DNA from: Candidatus Saccharibacteria bacterium CG_4_10_14_0_2_um_filter_52_9 | Lineage (GTDB): Bacteria > Patescibacteriota > Saccharimonadia > Saccharimonadales > UBA4665 | Direction: 5' to 3' | NCBI GenBank assembly: GCA_002792275.1 | Contig: PFOA01000041.1 | Span: 1 to 34,773 of the forward strand | Length of the DNA stretch: 34,773 bases | Shown: positions 1 to 9,630 of the stretch, piece by piece | Layout: every line of letters begins with the position of its first letter | Numbering within the stretch: the stretch's first letter is position 1 | Notes under the pieces: generated by a model | Databases searched by the model: none | Told to the model about the DNA's origin: nothing | What the model saw: only the letters and a program-made list of their open reading frames with translations | Made by a program: the position numbers and the translations under genes

Positions 1-271
1 GAAAGCGGAAGGTATAGCCGGTAACCTGGCCGATGCCCGACAACAGCAGAATTACCAGAGCGGCGGCGGCTACCATGCCAGAGCCTCTTACCAGGTACCA
101 GGGCCACGATGATTTGGCGCGCTCGGTAAATTTTTGGGCCACCGTCGGGCCGGGGATGGTCTGAACGACGATATTGCTCGAACCGCCCTCTGCCAGTGCT
201 GGCTGGGCAAAAAACAAGTCGCCGGCCAGCACCGCCAACAGCATGGCCGTTAATAACACTAGCCTACGCAT
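1..271 (-). CDS. Membrane protein, N-terminal part only (runs off the window edge). Signal-peptide-like N-terminus followed by a ferric-reductase/MsrQ-like first TM helix.
   Basis: Not in the ORF track. Minus-strand ATG at 269-271 gives MRRLVLLTAMLLAVLAGDLFFAQPALAEGG...KSSWPWYLVRGSGMVAAAALVILLLSGI. The ATG overlaps the apbE stop (ATGCGTAG). Family resemblance rests on the motif only. Confidence 0.45.
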   Translation of the reverse strand, partial: MRRLVLLTAMLLAVLAGDLFFAQPALAEGGSSNIVVQTIPGPTVAQKFTERAKSSWPWYLVRGSGMVAAAALVILLLSGIGQVTGYTFRF

Positions 272-1268
272 GGGCTTTGGCCTCCAGCTGATGGCTGGCC
301 TGAATTGCCGGGCCGAATCGTGTTTCGAACCGCTGTCCGTCGGCGTCAACACACTGCAGTAGCGCCGCCTTAACACCGTGCTGGCGCAAGTATGGTACTG
401 CTTTTTCAGACCCCAATAAAACGGCACAGGAGGCCAGTACATCGACCTGTAAGGCCACGGGGGCGTAAACAGTCGCCAGCTGTACATCGGTTTCGGACGG
501 CTTCAAGGTGCGAGGATCAATAATATGGTGCCATTTACTGCCCTTTTTAATGCCATGGCGCACGCCGGTGCCCGAAGTTGCGACTGCAAACTGGCGCCGA
601 GAACCCTTAACCGACCACGGGCTAAGCTTGGCGAGATTAGCGGCACTTTGGATATCAACTTTAAAGGGCTGGCCGGCCACGTCATGACCGGCGGCTACAA
701 TGTCGCCACCCAGTGAAATCCAAAAGCCCTGCACCCAGTCGGGCATCGCTCGAGCTAGCTGATCGGCCAGATAACCCTTGCCACAGCCGCCGAAGTCCAG
801 GGCACTGTTGGGCGGTATGGCGGCGGTTATCTGGTTAATCTTCAGGTCGCGCACCCTGGCCACCTGCCGATCGGAGTAGTCGTCGTGCCGGTCATTTTTG
901 TAGTGCTCTACGAATGATCTGGTGTAACCGGCTTTCTGCAGTGCCGGTAGTATGAACGGGCTGAACAGCCCCTCGGTTTGCTCGCCGAGCTGTTTTGCCG
1001 CCAACAGCATGTTCCTGAATTCCGGCGTCACCGCCATTTGCATGCCGGCCGAGCGATTGAACACCGACAGCTCGCTCATTGGCAGAAAGCGGCTGAAGCG
1101 ACGTTCAAAAACATAGATATCGCGCCATAAACTCTGGAATAGTTCGGTTACCTGCTGCTCTTCGGCTGTACTGACCACCGTGAGCGTGACGTCACTGCCC
1201 AGTGCCAGATTGGTTTCGGCCCGTTGCTTTAATTGCACGTCGTTACCCCGCTGGCGGTGGTGGTACAC
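264..1268 (-). CDS. apbE: FAD:protein FMN transferase (ApbE family), with no recognisable signal peptide
   Basis: 334-aa ORF with ApbE-like blocks (ALGSDVTLTVV near the N-terminus, DFGGCGKGYLADQ, HHIIDPRT). GTG start at 1268 overlaps the upstream gene by 40 nt; an alternative GTG at 1238 would cut the overlap to 10 nt. Confidence 0.8.
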   Translation of the reverse strand: MYHHRQRGNDVQLKQRAETNLALGSDVTLTVVSTAEEQQVTELFQSLWRDIYVFERRFSRFLPMSELSVFNRSAGMQMAVTPEFRNMLLAAKQLGEQTEGLFSPFILPALQKAGYTRSFVEHYKNDRHDDYSDRQVARVRDLKINQITAAIPPNSALDFGGCGKGYLADQLARAMPDWVQGFWISLGGDIVAAGHDVAGQPFKVDIQSAANLAKLSPWSVKGSRRQFAVATSGTGVRHGIKKGSKWHHIIDPRTLKPSETDVQLATVYAPVALQVDVLASCAVLLGSEKAVPYLRQHGVKAALLQCVDADGQRFETRFGPAIQASHQLEAKAHA

Positions 1269-2317
1269 CGGGGGGCGGCGACCGGTGTGGGCTTAGGTGC
1301 CGTACTTGTAGAGACAGTGGTAGTGGTGGGCTGACTGGCGGTAGCTACGGCGGCGGCCGAGGACGGAGCAGTATTGGCTGTTTCCGGCAGACTGTTCACC
1401 AGGGAGTCCAGATCGGCCTGGCGTGAATTCGTAAGACTGCTGGCAGTTACGTTGTTGGTAGCGCTGGCGCTGGTTGCCGGCAGGGTTTTTAGCAGATCGG
1501 CTACCATGACTACAAAACTGCCGATGGCCAGACTGGCGGCTCCCAAAAAGTAGATGTTAAACGGCCAACTGCGGATTTTGCCGGTCTGGTGGTTTGGCCC
1601 CTGGCTGAAGGCTTCGGTCATAACACGGTGGCCGTCAACGCCTTGAGCATGCAACAGTTTGTTCATTGCTCGCATGAACGGTTGTGGGCCACAAATAAAA
1701 TAGGTTGGCCGGCGAACCAGGCCGGCGCTGGCCTTAGCGATAATGTCGGCGTTGATCCGGCCACTAGCCACTCTTTCGCCAGCCAGCTTATCAACCGGCT
1801 CTTGGCTGATGACAAAAACGGCCCTGAAATTAGAATTCTGACGCTCCAGCTCACGTAATTCGTCGCCAAACGGCACGTCATCCTGACTGGCACAGCTAAA
1901 AAGCAGGGTCACCCGATTGGCCAGACGGGTTGCGGCGGCGTATCGAATCATACTCATGAAAGGTGTTATGCCGATGCCACCGGCCAGCAACACCACCTCC
2001 GGCTCGCTGGCCGGATCAAACACAAAACCACCAAACGGCCCCCTTACCTTTACGACATCGCCGGGCTGGGCGCCGGCCAGTGCCCGGGTAAAACGGCCTT
2101 TGGTGCGCATGCTGAACTGTAAAATATCCGGATTGGTCGGCGAGCTGACTATTGAGAAGCAGCGTGCTGCTGTTGGCCGGCGGCGGCGGAAAAAACTGAT
2201 GGCCGCGTATTGCCCGGGCTGAAAATCAAAAGGCCGACTGGGTTCGGTATTTTTGAGCGTTACCAGCAACGTGGTTGGCGTTAATTGCTGATTATTTGTA
2301 ACGGAATAGGTATGCAT
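1229..2317 (-). CDS. FNR-like FAD/NAD(P)-binding oxidoreductase with a C-terminal TM helix and a Ser/Thr/Ala/Pro-rich tail
   Basis: RCFSIVSSP (RxYS-type flavin motif), GGIGITPF (NAD-binding), one hydrophobic helix (FNIYFLGAASLAIGSFVVMVADLL), then a low-complexity tail ending PRCTTTASGVTTCN. ATG lies 1 nt after the VIT1 stop. Confidence 0.75.
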   Translation of the reverse strand: MHTYSVTNNQQLTPTTLLVTLKNTEPSRPFDFQPGQYAAISFFRRRRPTAARCFSIVSSPTNPDILQFSMRTKGRFTRALAGAQPGDVVKVRGPFGGFVFDPASEPEVVLLAGGIGITPFMSMIRYAAATRLANRVTLLFSCASQDDVPFGDELRELERQNSNFRAVFVISQEPVDKLAGERVASGRINADIIAKASAGLVRRPTYFICGPQPFMRAMNKLLHAQGVDGHRVMTEAFSQGPNHQTGKIRSWPFNIYFLGAASLAIGSFVVMVADLLKTLPATSASATNNVTASSLTNSRQADLDSLVNSLPETANTAPSSAAAVATASQPTTTTVSTSTAPKPTPVAAPRCTTTASGVTTCN

Positions 2318-2318
2318 A

Positions 2319-3023
2319 TTATAGCGCCGGCCCGATCAGATGACCGATAAACGCCGTAATAGCCATGGCCAGGCCGCCACCGATAAAGACGCGTGAGGCG
2401 GCGCGCAACTTGTGGCCGCCGCCTATGTAGGCACCAATGGCTCCGGAAATCGCCAGCGCCACCAGCGAAGCCACTACAATGCTCCAGCTGTGACCGGAGC
2501 CGGTGACTAATATAGTTGCCAGGATCGGCACCACGGCGCCAAATGAGAAGGCTACGGCCGAGGCCAGCGAGGCTTGCAGGGGATTAGCCAGGGCTTCGTG
2601 ATCGATTCCCAGTTCGTCGCGGGCGTGAGCGGCCACGGCATCGTGATCGTGCAACTGCTGAGCCACCTGTAGCGCCAGCTGGGGCTTGAGACCCCTGCTT
2701 TCATAAATCTGGGCCAACTCTTGAAGCTCTTCATCCGGATTGTCGGCCAAAGATCGGGTCTCAATGGCGATGTCGGCACGTTCCGAATCTCTTTGCGAGC
2801 TTACCGACACGTACTCGCCAACTGCCATAGACAGCGCCCCGGCCGCCAGGCCGGCGATTCCGGCCGTTAGCACCGCCGAACGGCTGGTAGAAGCCGCCGA
2901 AACACCTATCATCAGGCTGGAGGTGGAAACAATGCCATCATTAACGCCCAGCACGGCCGCCCTCAGCCAATTGGAACGATGAGATTTGTGCTGATCTTCG
3001 GGATGCGGGGTCACCTGAGCCAT
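2319..3023 (-). CDS. VIT1/CCC1-family iron/manganese transporter
   Basis: NWLRAAVLGVNDGIVSTSSLMIGV motif, a central acidic soluble segment and C-terminal TM helices typical of the VIT family. Confidence 0.8.
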   Translation of the reverse strand: MAQVTPHPEDQHKSHRSNWLRAAVLGVNDGIVSTSSLMIGVSAASTSRSAVLTAGIAGLAAGALSMAVGEYVSVSSQRDSERADIAIETRSLADNPDEELQELAQIYESRGLKPQLALQVAQQLHDHDAVAAHARDELGIDHEALANPLQASLASAVAFSFGAVVPILATILVTGSGHSWSIVVASLVALAISGAIGAYIGGGHKLRAASRVFIGGGLAMAITAFIGHLIGPAL

Positions 3024-3029
3024 GGCCCT

Positions 3030-3035
3030 ATTATA
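3030..3035 (-). promoter_or_regulatory. -10 box TATAAT, 6 nt upstream of the VIT1 ATG (leaderless-type promoter)
   Basis: Minus strand reads TATAAT-agggcc-ATG with no SD. A TTGACA is present but only 10 nt upstream, which is a non-canonical spacing. Confidence 0.4.
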
Positions 3036-3089
3036 CTCGGCAGGATGTCAAGCTGTAGTTAAATCGCTATCTGATTTTTGGCATAAGGG

Positions 3090-4199
3090 GTGCACTGGCG
3101 CGGTAATCAAGAAAAACAGCCAGAAGCACAGAATCTGGGCATTGTGCTGTTTGCCCTGATCTTTAATGTTATTTTCCTGGCGGTTAGCGCATCACGCAAG
3201 CGATCGTACGGCGCCTACCGAGCCCTGGCAATCTGCCAGCTGGGTCTCGATATCTTTATTATGAGCTGTGCCGTTCACTATAACGGCGGCATCGAAAACA
3301 GCGTCGTAATGCTCTACATCATCCCGATAATTATGTCCGGTACCCTGCTTGGGCGGCGGGCCATCTATGCTACCGGTCTGTCGGCCGCACTGGCCTACGA
3401 CCTGCTGCTAATCCTGGACTACAAAGGTATTGTTGTGTCGCAGGGTATTATTGCCCCTCAGCTTCATGCCAACACCAACTACCTGGTGCAAACTCTGCTT
3501 TTTGTGCCGGCCATGTTACTGACAATTACGGCCATCATCGATTTTGTAGCCCGCTTTATTCGTGAACGCACCGAGCTGTCGATTGAACTGCGGGTTTTAT
3601 CAGCCCAGAGAGCCGAAACCGATGCCATTATTAAAACCATGGGAGCCGCCCTGGTGGCTGTTGATATGCAGACTACCATAAAGATGGTCAACGACAATTT
3701 TGAGGAGCTAACCGGCTGGGAGCGCAAAGAAGTTATTGGCGCCAACCTTGATGACATACTGCCGCTGTTAGACGAAAACGGTCGACGGGTAAAGGCCGAG
3801 GAACATCCCTTGCTACAGATGCTGAATGCCCCGCCAGAGCGCCAGACCCCCGAGGTTAAACATATGAGTAAGTACTATTTCTCCCGGAAGGATGGCAGCC
3901 TCTTCCCTTTTATAAGTTCTTTTTCATTGATCAGGCTACACGGCCGGACCATTGGCGGCACCAACGTTTTTGAAGACGCCACCTCTACCAAAAAAATTCA
4001 ACAGCTCAAGACTAACTTTGTGACCCTGGCGTCGCACCAGCTAAAAACACCGGTCGGCGAGATACAAGGCTACGTTGAGAATATGATCCAGGGCATTACC
4101 GGCCCGCTGACTGACAAACAGCGCCAGTACCTGCTAACTATCGATGAGATAACCATACACTGCATCAAACCGAGCAACCTAAAGTCATTTTACTGGTAG
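3090..4199 (+). CDS. Membrane sensor histidine kinase (TM region + PAS + HisKA), C-terminally truncated with no HATPase_c domain
   Basis: N-terminal hydrophobic helices, a PAS-like block (VNDNFEELTGWERKEVIGANLDDILP) and an H-box (LASHQLKTPVGEIQGYVENM). The ORF stops about 40 aa after the H-box. GTG start is uncertain. Confidence 0.65.
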   Translation: MHWRGNQEKQPEAQNLGIVLFALIFNVIFLAVSASRKRSYGAYRALAICQLGLDIFIMSCAVHYNGGIENSVVMLYIIPIIMSGTLLGRRAIYATGLSAALAYDLLLILDYKGIVVSQGIIAPQLHANTNYLVQTLLFVPAMLLTITAIIDFVARFIRERTELSIELRVLSAQRAETDAIIKTMGAALVAVDMQTTIKMVNDNFEELTGWERKEVIGANLDDILPLLDENGRRVKAEEHPLLQMLNAPPERQTPEVKHMSKYYFSRKDGSLFPFISSFSLIRLHGRTIGGTNVFEDATSTKKIQQLKTNFVTLASHQLKTPVGEIQGYVENMIQGITGPLTDKQRQYLLTIDEITIHCIKPSNLKSFYW

Positions 4200-4324
4200 A
4201 CGACGAGTTGCCGTTCCGGCAGATTTACAAAGACGCCCTGCGTGGCGAAAGTAATTACCAAGTGGTGGAAGCCGAAGACGGCGAAGAAGCCCTGGCGGCG
4301 GTCAAACAACAGCCGCCACGCTGA
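4148..4324 (+). pseudogene. Response-regulator receiver-domain fragment (about the first 45 aa, no start codon)
   Basis: A frame different from the kinase reads ...KVILLVDDELPFRQIYKDALRGESNYQVVEAEDGEEALAAVKQQPPR*. This is a typical REC N-terminus, cut before the DxxxxD/MP region. Confidence 0.55.
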
Positions 4325-4473
4325 CCGCCTGGGGATCCGGATCATATGCCACCTACTTCCCGGCCGACGCCGTGGTTGGCAAATCAGCCAATAACTACGT
4401 TGTGTCATTCACCTTCAATAGTTCCGGCAAAATTAGCGGCGTCTTTATGGCGATTGACGCTTCCTCGCTCTAA
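4255..4473 (+). pseudogene. Possible C-terminal remnant of an unrelated gene
   Basis: Open frame without a start codon ending ...TLTAWGSGSYATYFPADAVVGKSANNYVVSFTFNSSGKISGVFMAIDASSL*. Not assignable to a family. Confidence 0.3.
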
Positions 4474-5123
4474 GAGCCGAGAATACTGACCGAGCGGGCA
4501 ATCACCAGCGCCAGCGTAAATACCGATACCAATGACTGAGAGGCCATCAGTGCCTTAGCCTGCTGGCTTAGCGGCCGGGTTTCGGCCGGGGCAAAGTTGA
4601 CGGCGTTGGTAATGGCCAGGAATAAATAATCGCCGAATTGGGGTTGCCAACCCGGAAATTCAGCGGCCAGATCCTGCTGGGTGAACTGAAAATCTTTGTC
4701 GTGCTTGGACCAGCGGCGGCCGGTAAGGCCGGGGCTGTCTATCTCCCAATACCAAAGCGCGTAAACAATGATGTTGGTAATAAAAATGGCAATGGCCGAT
4801 ACCAACAACTGTTCGCCACCGGTAGGAATGTGATTAACAATCAGCGAATGCAGTACGAATATCAGGGCGCTGATGTTGGCCAGCGAAATCAGAGCCAGTA
4901 GCACTACCGACATAAGGTGGTGCAGATTGTGTAGCCGCGAGTGCCGGACCCGGGCAGTAAAGCCCAGCAGAACCGCCAGAGCCAGCTCGATCACCACGAT
5001 CACAAACTGTGATCCGGGCAACAGCTCACTGCTGACCTTTAAGGCCACAAACTGCAAGGCGATAGCCACCAGAAGAGCCGCTTGAACCTGAATCAGTTCG
5101 GTCTTGGAAATGCGTTGCAACAT
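4470..5123 (-). CDS. Integral membrane protein, DUF1345-like
   Basis: 217 aa with multiple TM helices. The WYWEIDSPG...FGDYLFLAITNAVNFAPAE arrangement resembles DUF1345. Confidence 0.5.
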   Translation of the reverse strand: MLQRISKTELIQVQAALLVAIALQFVALKVSSELLPGSQFVIVVIELALAVLLGFTARVRHSRLHNLHHLMSVVLLALISLANISALIFVLHSLIVNHIPTGGEQLLVSAIAIFITNIIVYALWYWEIDSPGLTGRRWSKHDKDFQFTQQDLAAEFPGWQPQFGDYLFLAITNAVNFAPAETRPLSQQAKALMASQSLVSVFTLALVIARSVSILGS

Positions 5124-5158
5124 ATTGCCCTTAGTGTACCTTGCCCGGCCAAACCGGT

Positions 5159-5761
5159 CTATACAAGTGCTAGATCAACTGCGGGTTTGAGTGTTTCGGG
5201 GTTGATGACATAGATGAAAAGAAATTTGCGCTTTGGCATTATTATTCGCGAGCGTAGGGTTGGTTTGATAACAATCAGGTTTTTGCGGAACGATAAATCC
5301 TGGATGAGACCTTTGACGCTGCCAAAACTAACATTCCCCTGATCATACTGGCCGGTGCGATCATTAAACCAGTATGATTCTACCGGTTTGAACGGCTTGT
5401 CGATAATCGTAACTTTTACTTTTTTACCGATGTAGTCCTTTTTGTCGGCCTGTTCGGTTTCGGCCAGTTGCTGTTCTGCAAAGGCGTCTATTTGGGCGGC
5501 CTGAGCCTTTTTGAGGTGGGCGTCCAGGCTGGCGCGGGCAATTTCGGTCTGAACATCGGGTGCAATGTCCTGAGGTGTAACGTAGACAGCGTTGCTTTGG
5601 GCAGAGACCTGGTTCAGGGTTTGCATGGTTTGCTGTTCGGTTTGGCGGGCCACGTATTTAGCCGTCTGAGCGGTAGCAATATTGTTGATAGCCGACTCAA
5701 AATCGGCCACCAGGGCGCCGCCGGTACGAGCCGGTTCCTTTGATTTACGAAATAAGGGCAT
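5159..5761 (-). CDS. Hypothetical protein (Q/A-rich helical N-terminal half, basic beta-rich C-terminal half)
   Basis: 200-aa ORF with coherent composition. No family recognised. Confidence 0.5.
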   Translation of the reverse strand: MPLFRKSKEPARTGGALVADFESAINNIATAQTAKYVARQTEQQTMQTLNQVSAQSNAVYVTPQDIAPDVQTEIARASLDAHLKKAQAAQIDAFAEQQLAETEQADKKDYIGKKVKVTIIDKPFKPVESYWFNDRTGQYDQGNVSFGSVKGLIQDLSFRKNLIVIKPTLRSRIIMPKRKFLFIYVINPETLKPAVDLALV

Positions 5762-5823
5762 GTATTAACGTTAGCATACGGATGAGAGGTGTATTATAAT
5801 CACTAGCGTAATTAATAACACAA

Positions 5824-6597
5824 ATGACTCTCAAAAAACTCAATAGCCACGGCTTGGCACATTATGTAGCTCCTTTGTTGGTAATGGTCGGCGTTGGCCT
5901 GATCGGAGTCTACCTTATTGTTGCGGGTCACGCCGCTACCAGCAACCGCCTGGTCGACGTGTCTTATCCTCAGTGCAAGCCTAAAGATCTCAAGACGTTT
6001 GGCGGCGACCTGGGTATTGTAGGCGTCAATCATGGCAAGGTGATGACAAAGAACCCTTGCTTTAAGAAACAGGCTCTGCGTTTTAGCCGGGTAGCCGTTT
6101 ATGTCAACAGCGGTTATAACGGAGAGCGCGCCAGTGGCCCCTGCAAGCAAAAGACCGGTGACTGTTACGCCTTTAATTATGGCTACAAGGCCGGTCAATA
6201 TGACATAAAATACGCGGTCTCCCGGGGGGGTCAAGCGTTAGTTAGTTTTGGTTCGTGGTGGATCGACGTCGAACCCGCCAATACCTGGTCTTCGGATAAA
6301 GGTCGAAATGTACAGTTCCTAAAGGGTATGATGTCTGCTTTGACGGACGCTGGCGTGGGCACGGTTGGCTTTTATTCCACTCCGTATTTTTGGGGTGTGG
6401 CAACCGGCGGCTGGATTAATAATCATCCGGCATGGGTGCCGACTATGGCGCCCCGTTCCACCGCAGATGATACCGCCTTATCGAAGTACTGCAAGCAGGA
6501 ATTTACGGGCGCCCGAGTCTGGATGGTGCAATACACCGATGATCTGGACAGCAATGTGGCCTGTTTTGACGGGGTACGCGATAAGCTGGTTAAGTGA
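5824..6597 (+). CDS. Membrane-anchored/secreted protein with a glycoside-hydrolase-like (GH25 / Rv2525c DUF1906-like) domain
   Basis: N-terminal TM anchor. VDVSYPQC near the start of the domain and WWIDVEPANTW resemble the DUF1906/GH25-like fold. Confidence 0.45.
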   Translation: MTLKKLNSHGLAHYVAPLLVMVGVGLIGVYLIVAGHAATSNRLVDVSYPQCKPKDLKTFGGDLGIVGVNHGKVMTKNPCFKKQALRFSRVAVYVNSGYNGERASGPCKQKTGDCYAFNYGYKAGQYDIKYAVSRGGQALVSFGSWWIDVEPANTWSSDKGRNVQFLKGMMSALTDAGVGTVGFYSTPYFWGVATGGWINNHPAWVPTMAPRSTADDTALSKYCKQEFTGARVWMVQYTDDLDSNVACFDGVRDKLVK

Positions 6598-6618
6598 GTT
6601 GTAGTAAAATGGTTTGGA

Positions 6619-7566
6619 ATGAGTAAACCCCAGGTTATTATCAGCGGCAGTATCGCCATCGATCGGATCATGAACTTTACTGGGCGTTACCGCGATCTTA
6701 TCAAGCCCGACAAACTGCACGTTTTATCCTTGGCTCCCCTGCTGGATAAGTTAGAAAATTCGCAAGGCGGCGTGGGTGCAAATATCGCCTACAATCTAGC
6801 TTTGCTAGGCGAAGAACCCGTACTTTTGGGCTCAGTTGGCAGTGACGCGGCCGATTATATAAAACTGCTGGAGTCGGTCGGCGTGGATGCTTCGGACGTT
6901 CATATCAGCAAACTGCCAACAGCTTCGTTCAATGTGATCACCGACAGCGAGGGTAGCCAGGTGGGCGGTTTTTATCCGGGTGCCATGGCCGATAGCCAGT
7001 CTTTGAGCTTTAAGCCCTGGCAGGGCCAGTCGGCTTTGGCGGTCATCTCGGCTCATGACCCCAAGGCTATGAATCGCCAGGTAGAAGAATGCCAGACTTT
7101 AGCCGTACCTTATGCTTATGATCCCGGCCAGCAAACCGTTGATCCGACCACCGATCTCAAAAAGGGTATTGGCGGCGCGCTAGTAGTGGTAGCTAACGAT
7201 TACGAGATCGGTAGCCTGTGCGATCGGCTGGAAATCAGCGTTGATGACCTGAAAAATCAAGTGCCGGTACTGATCACAACTCTGGGCACCAACGGCTCAC
7301 TGATAGAGGGTACGGCGGTGGCCAAACCCCTGCAGGTCGGCATTGCCAAGCCGCGCGAAGTGGTTGATCCCACCGGTGCCGGTGACGCCTACCGGGCTGG
7401 CTTTTTGTACGGCTATTTGCGACAATGGGATCTGGAAAAGTGCGGGAAATTGGGTGCGGTGGTTGCTTCGTTCGTAGTTGAAAAGCATGGCACGCAGGTC
7501 AAGTTTTCTACCGGCGATGTCGTCGGGCGTTATAAAGATAATTTTAATGAGGAGATCGAACTTTAA
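6619..7566 (+). CDS. PfkB-family kinase, probably an adenosine/nucleoside kinase
   Basis: [16 protein letters not shown] PfkB signature and [15 protein letters not shown]. The stop lies 1 nt before ahcY, which suggests adenosine removal after SAH hydrolysis. Confidence 0.8.
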   Translation: MSKPQVIISGSIAIDRIMNFTGRYRDLIKPDKLHVLSLAPLLDKLENSQGGVGANIAYNLALLGEEPVLLGSVGSDAADYIKLLESVGVDASDVHISKLPTASFNVITDSEGSQVGGFYPGAMADSQSLSFKPWQGQSALAVISAHDPKAMNRQVEECQTLAVPYAYDPGQQTVDPTTDLKKGIGGALVVVANDYEIGSLCDRLEISVDDLKNQVPVLITTLGTNGSLIEGTAVAKPLQVGIAKPREVVDPTGAGDAYRAGFLYGYLRQWDLEKCGKLGAVVASFVVEKHGTQVKFSTGDVVGRYKDNFNEEIEL

Positions 7567-7567
7567 T

Positions 7568-8866
<1,299 letters not shown>

Positions 8867-8868
8867 AT

Positions 8869-9181
8869 ATGAATCGGCAAGAAGTTGAATCGGCAATTGA
8901 CACGCTCGGCGATAAACACCACCTATGTTTTGACTGTTAAAAAGCAGGGTGACGTAAGAAGTCTAGCAACCCAAATTACAGACGATCTATCCGGACAGAA
9001 TGTGCTTTTAGTGGAAGATATTTTGGAAACCGGTAAAAGTTTACAAACAGCACTCAAATATCTGAAATCCAAGGGAGCGAACGTTCGCACTGCCGCTATA
9101 TATGTTCTGCCCGATTCAGAAGTAAAACCCGATTTTTATCTGAGCGAAGAAACTGGTGCGATTATATTTCCGTGGGACTAG
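8869..9181 (+). pseudogene. Type I phosphoribosyltransferase, frameshifted/truncated (PRPP motif kept, N-terminal PPi-loop region missing)
   Basis: ATG 8869 opens a 23-codon frame (MNRQEVESAIDTLGDKHHLCFDC*). A second frame from TTG 8885 carries NVLLVEDILETGKSL (PRPP-binding) and the ...IIFPWD C-terminus. Total length is about 100 aa versus about 150 expected. Locally AT-richer than the flanks. Confidence 0.55.
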
Positions 9182-9546
9182 CTCAGCCACCCCCTTATTG
9201 TAGTCTCATCATTTAACATAGCTTTTAATAGACCCTCTGTGTTTTTAAAAGTCTGGTTCGGACGGTGATAATGACTGAGTATCACTTTTAAGCGTTCACC
9301 ATAGTAATCCTCATCGGGGATATCGAGCAGGTGGGCCTCCACCCGGCGGACGTTATCGCCCATAGTGGTGGGCGTACCCACAAAAATCAGCGCCGGGTGG
9401 TGCTTATACCCTGCCAGATCGGCAAAACCAAAATAGACACCGTCTTGCAGATCGGTCTCGATGGCTAGGTTGGCGGTAGGGTAACCGAGTTTACGGCCAT
9501 TACCTTGGAATTGAACAACGATGCCGCTGAGTGTGGCTGGTTTCAT
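9178..9546 (-). CDS. Stand-alone riboflavin kinase (RibF C-terminal-domain type)
   Basis: GIVVQFQGNGRKLGYPTANL, VEAHLLD...YGERLKV and RPNQTFKNTEGL blocks. No FAD synthetase domain. Confidence 0.75.
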   Translation of the reverse strand: MKPATLSGIVVQFQGNGRKLGYPTANLAIETDLQDGVYFGFADLAGYKHHPALIFVGTPTTMGDNVRRVEAHLLDIPDEDYYGERLKVILSHYHRPNQTFKNTEGLLKAMLNDETTIRGWLS

Positions 9547-9630
9547 AGTTATATTATACGTGGCTTCCCGTTACTGCATACTCGTTAGGCTTAGAGTATG
9601 CACTGGGTATGTAGTGATAAGATAGTTGAT

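Noticed and set aside
1229-1275. The C-terminal ...CTTTASGVTTC... of the FNR-like protein as a bona fide ApbE flavinylation site.
   Set aside because: SGVT only approximates the [S/T]GA[S/T] motif. The segment lies in the overlap with the apbE start region. The ApbE lacks a signal peptide, whereas the tail is predicted to be extracytoplasmic. Mentioned in the operon finding as speculative only.
4330-4347. Adjacent BamHI (GGATCC) and NdeI (CATATG) sites in the degraded region, which could hint at a cloning scar or engineered junction.
   Set aside because: Two 6-bp sites within 20 nt can occur by chance. No vector-like sequence, tags or polylinker context surrounds them. Natural deletion junctions explain the region adequately.
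5812-6234. Long antisense or overlapping ORFs in the six-frame track. Examples: 5812-6234(-), 17803-18438(-), 21607-22272(+), 23617-23985(+), 24493-24960(+), 27916-28404(+), 29870-30421(+), 1202-1426(+), 12467-12751(+).
   Set aside because: Each lies entirely within, and antisense or out of frame to, a gene with clear family motifs. Their compositions (Arg/Gly/Ala-rich or low-complexity) are typical of shadow ORFs in moderately GC-rich DNA, and none has a recognisable motif.
7478-7567. N-terminal extension of ahcY in the track ORF (start at 7478), overlapping the end of the PfkB kinase gene.
   Set aside because: The conserved SAH hydrolase N-terminus ([21 protein letters not shown]) begins at ATG 7568. 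The extension is simply an open frame across the upstream gene's 3' end.
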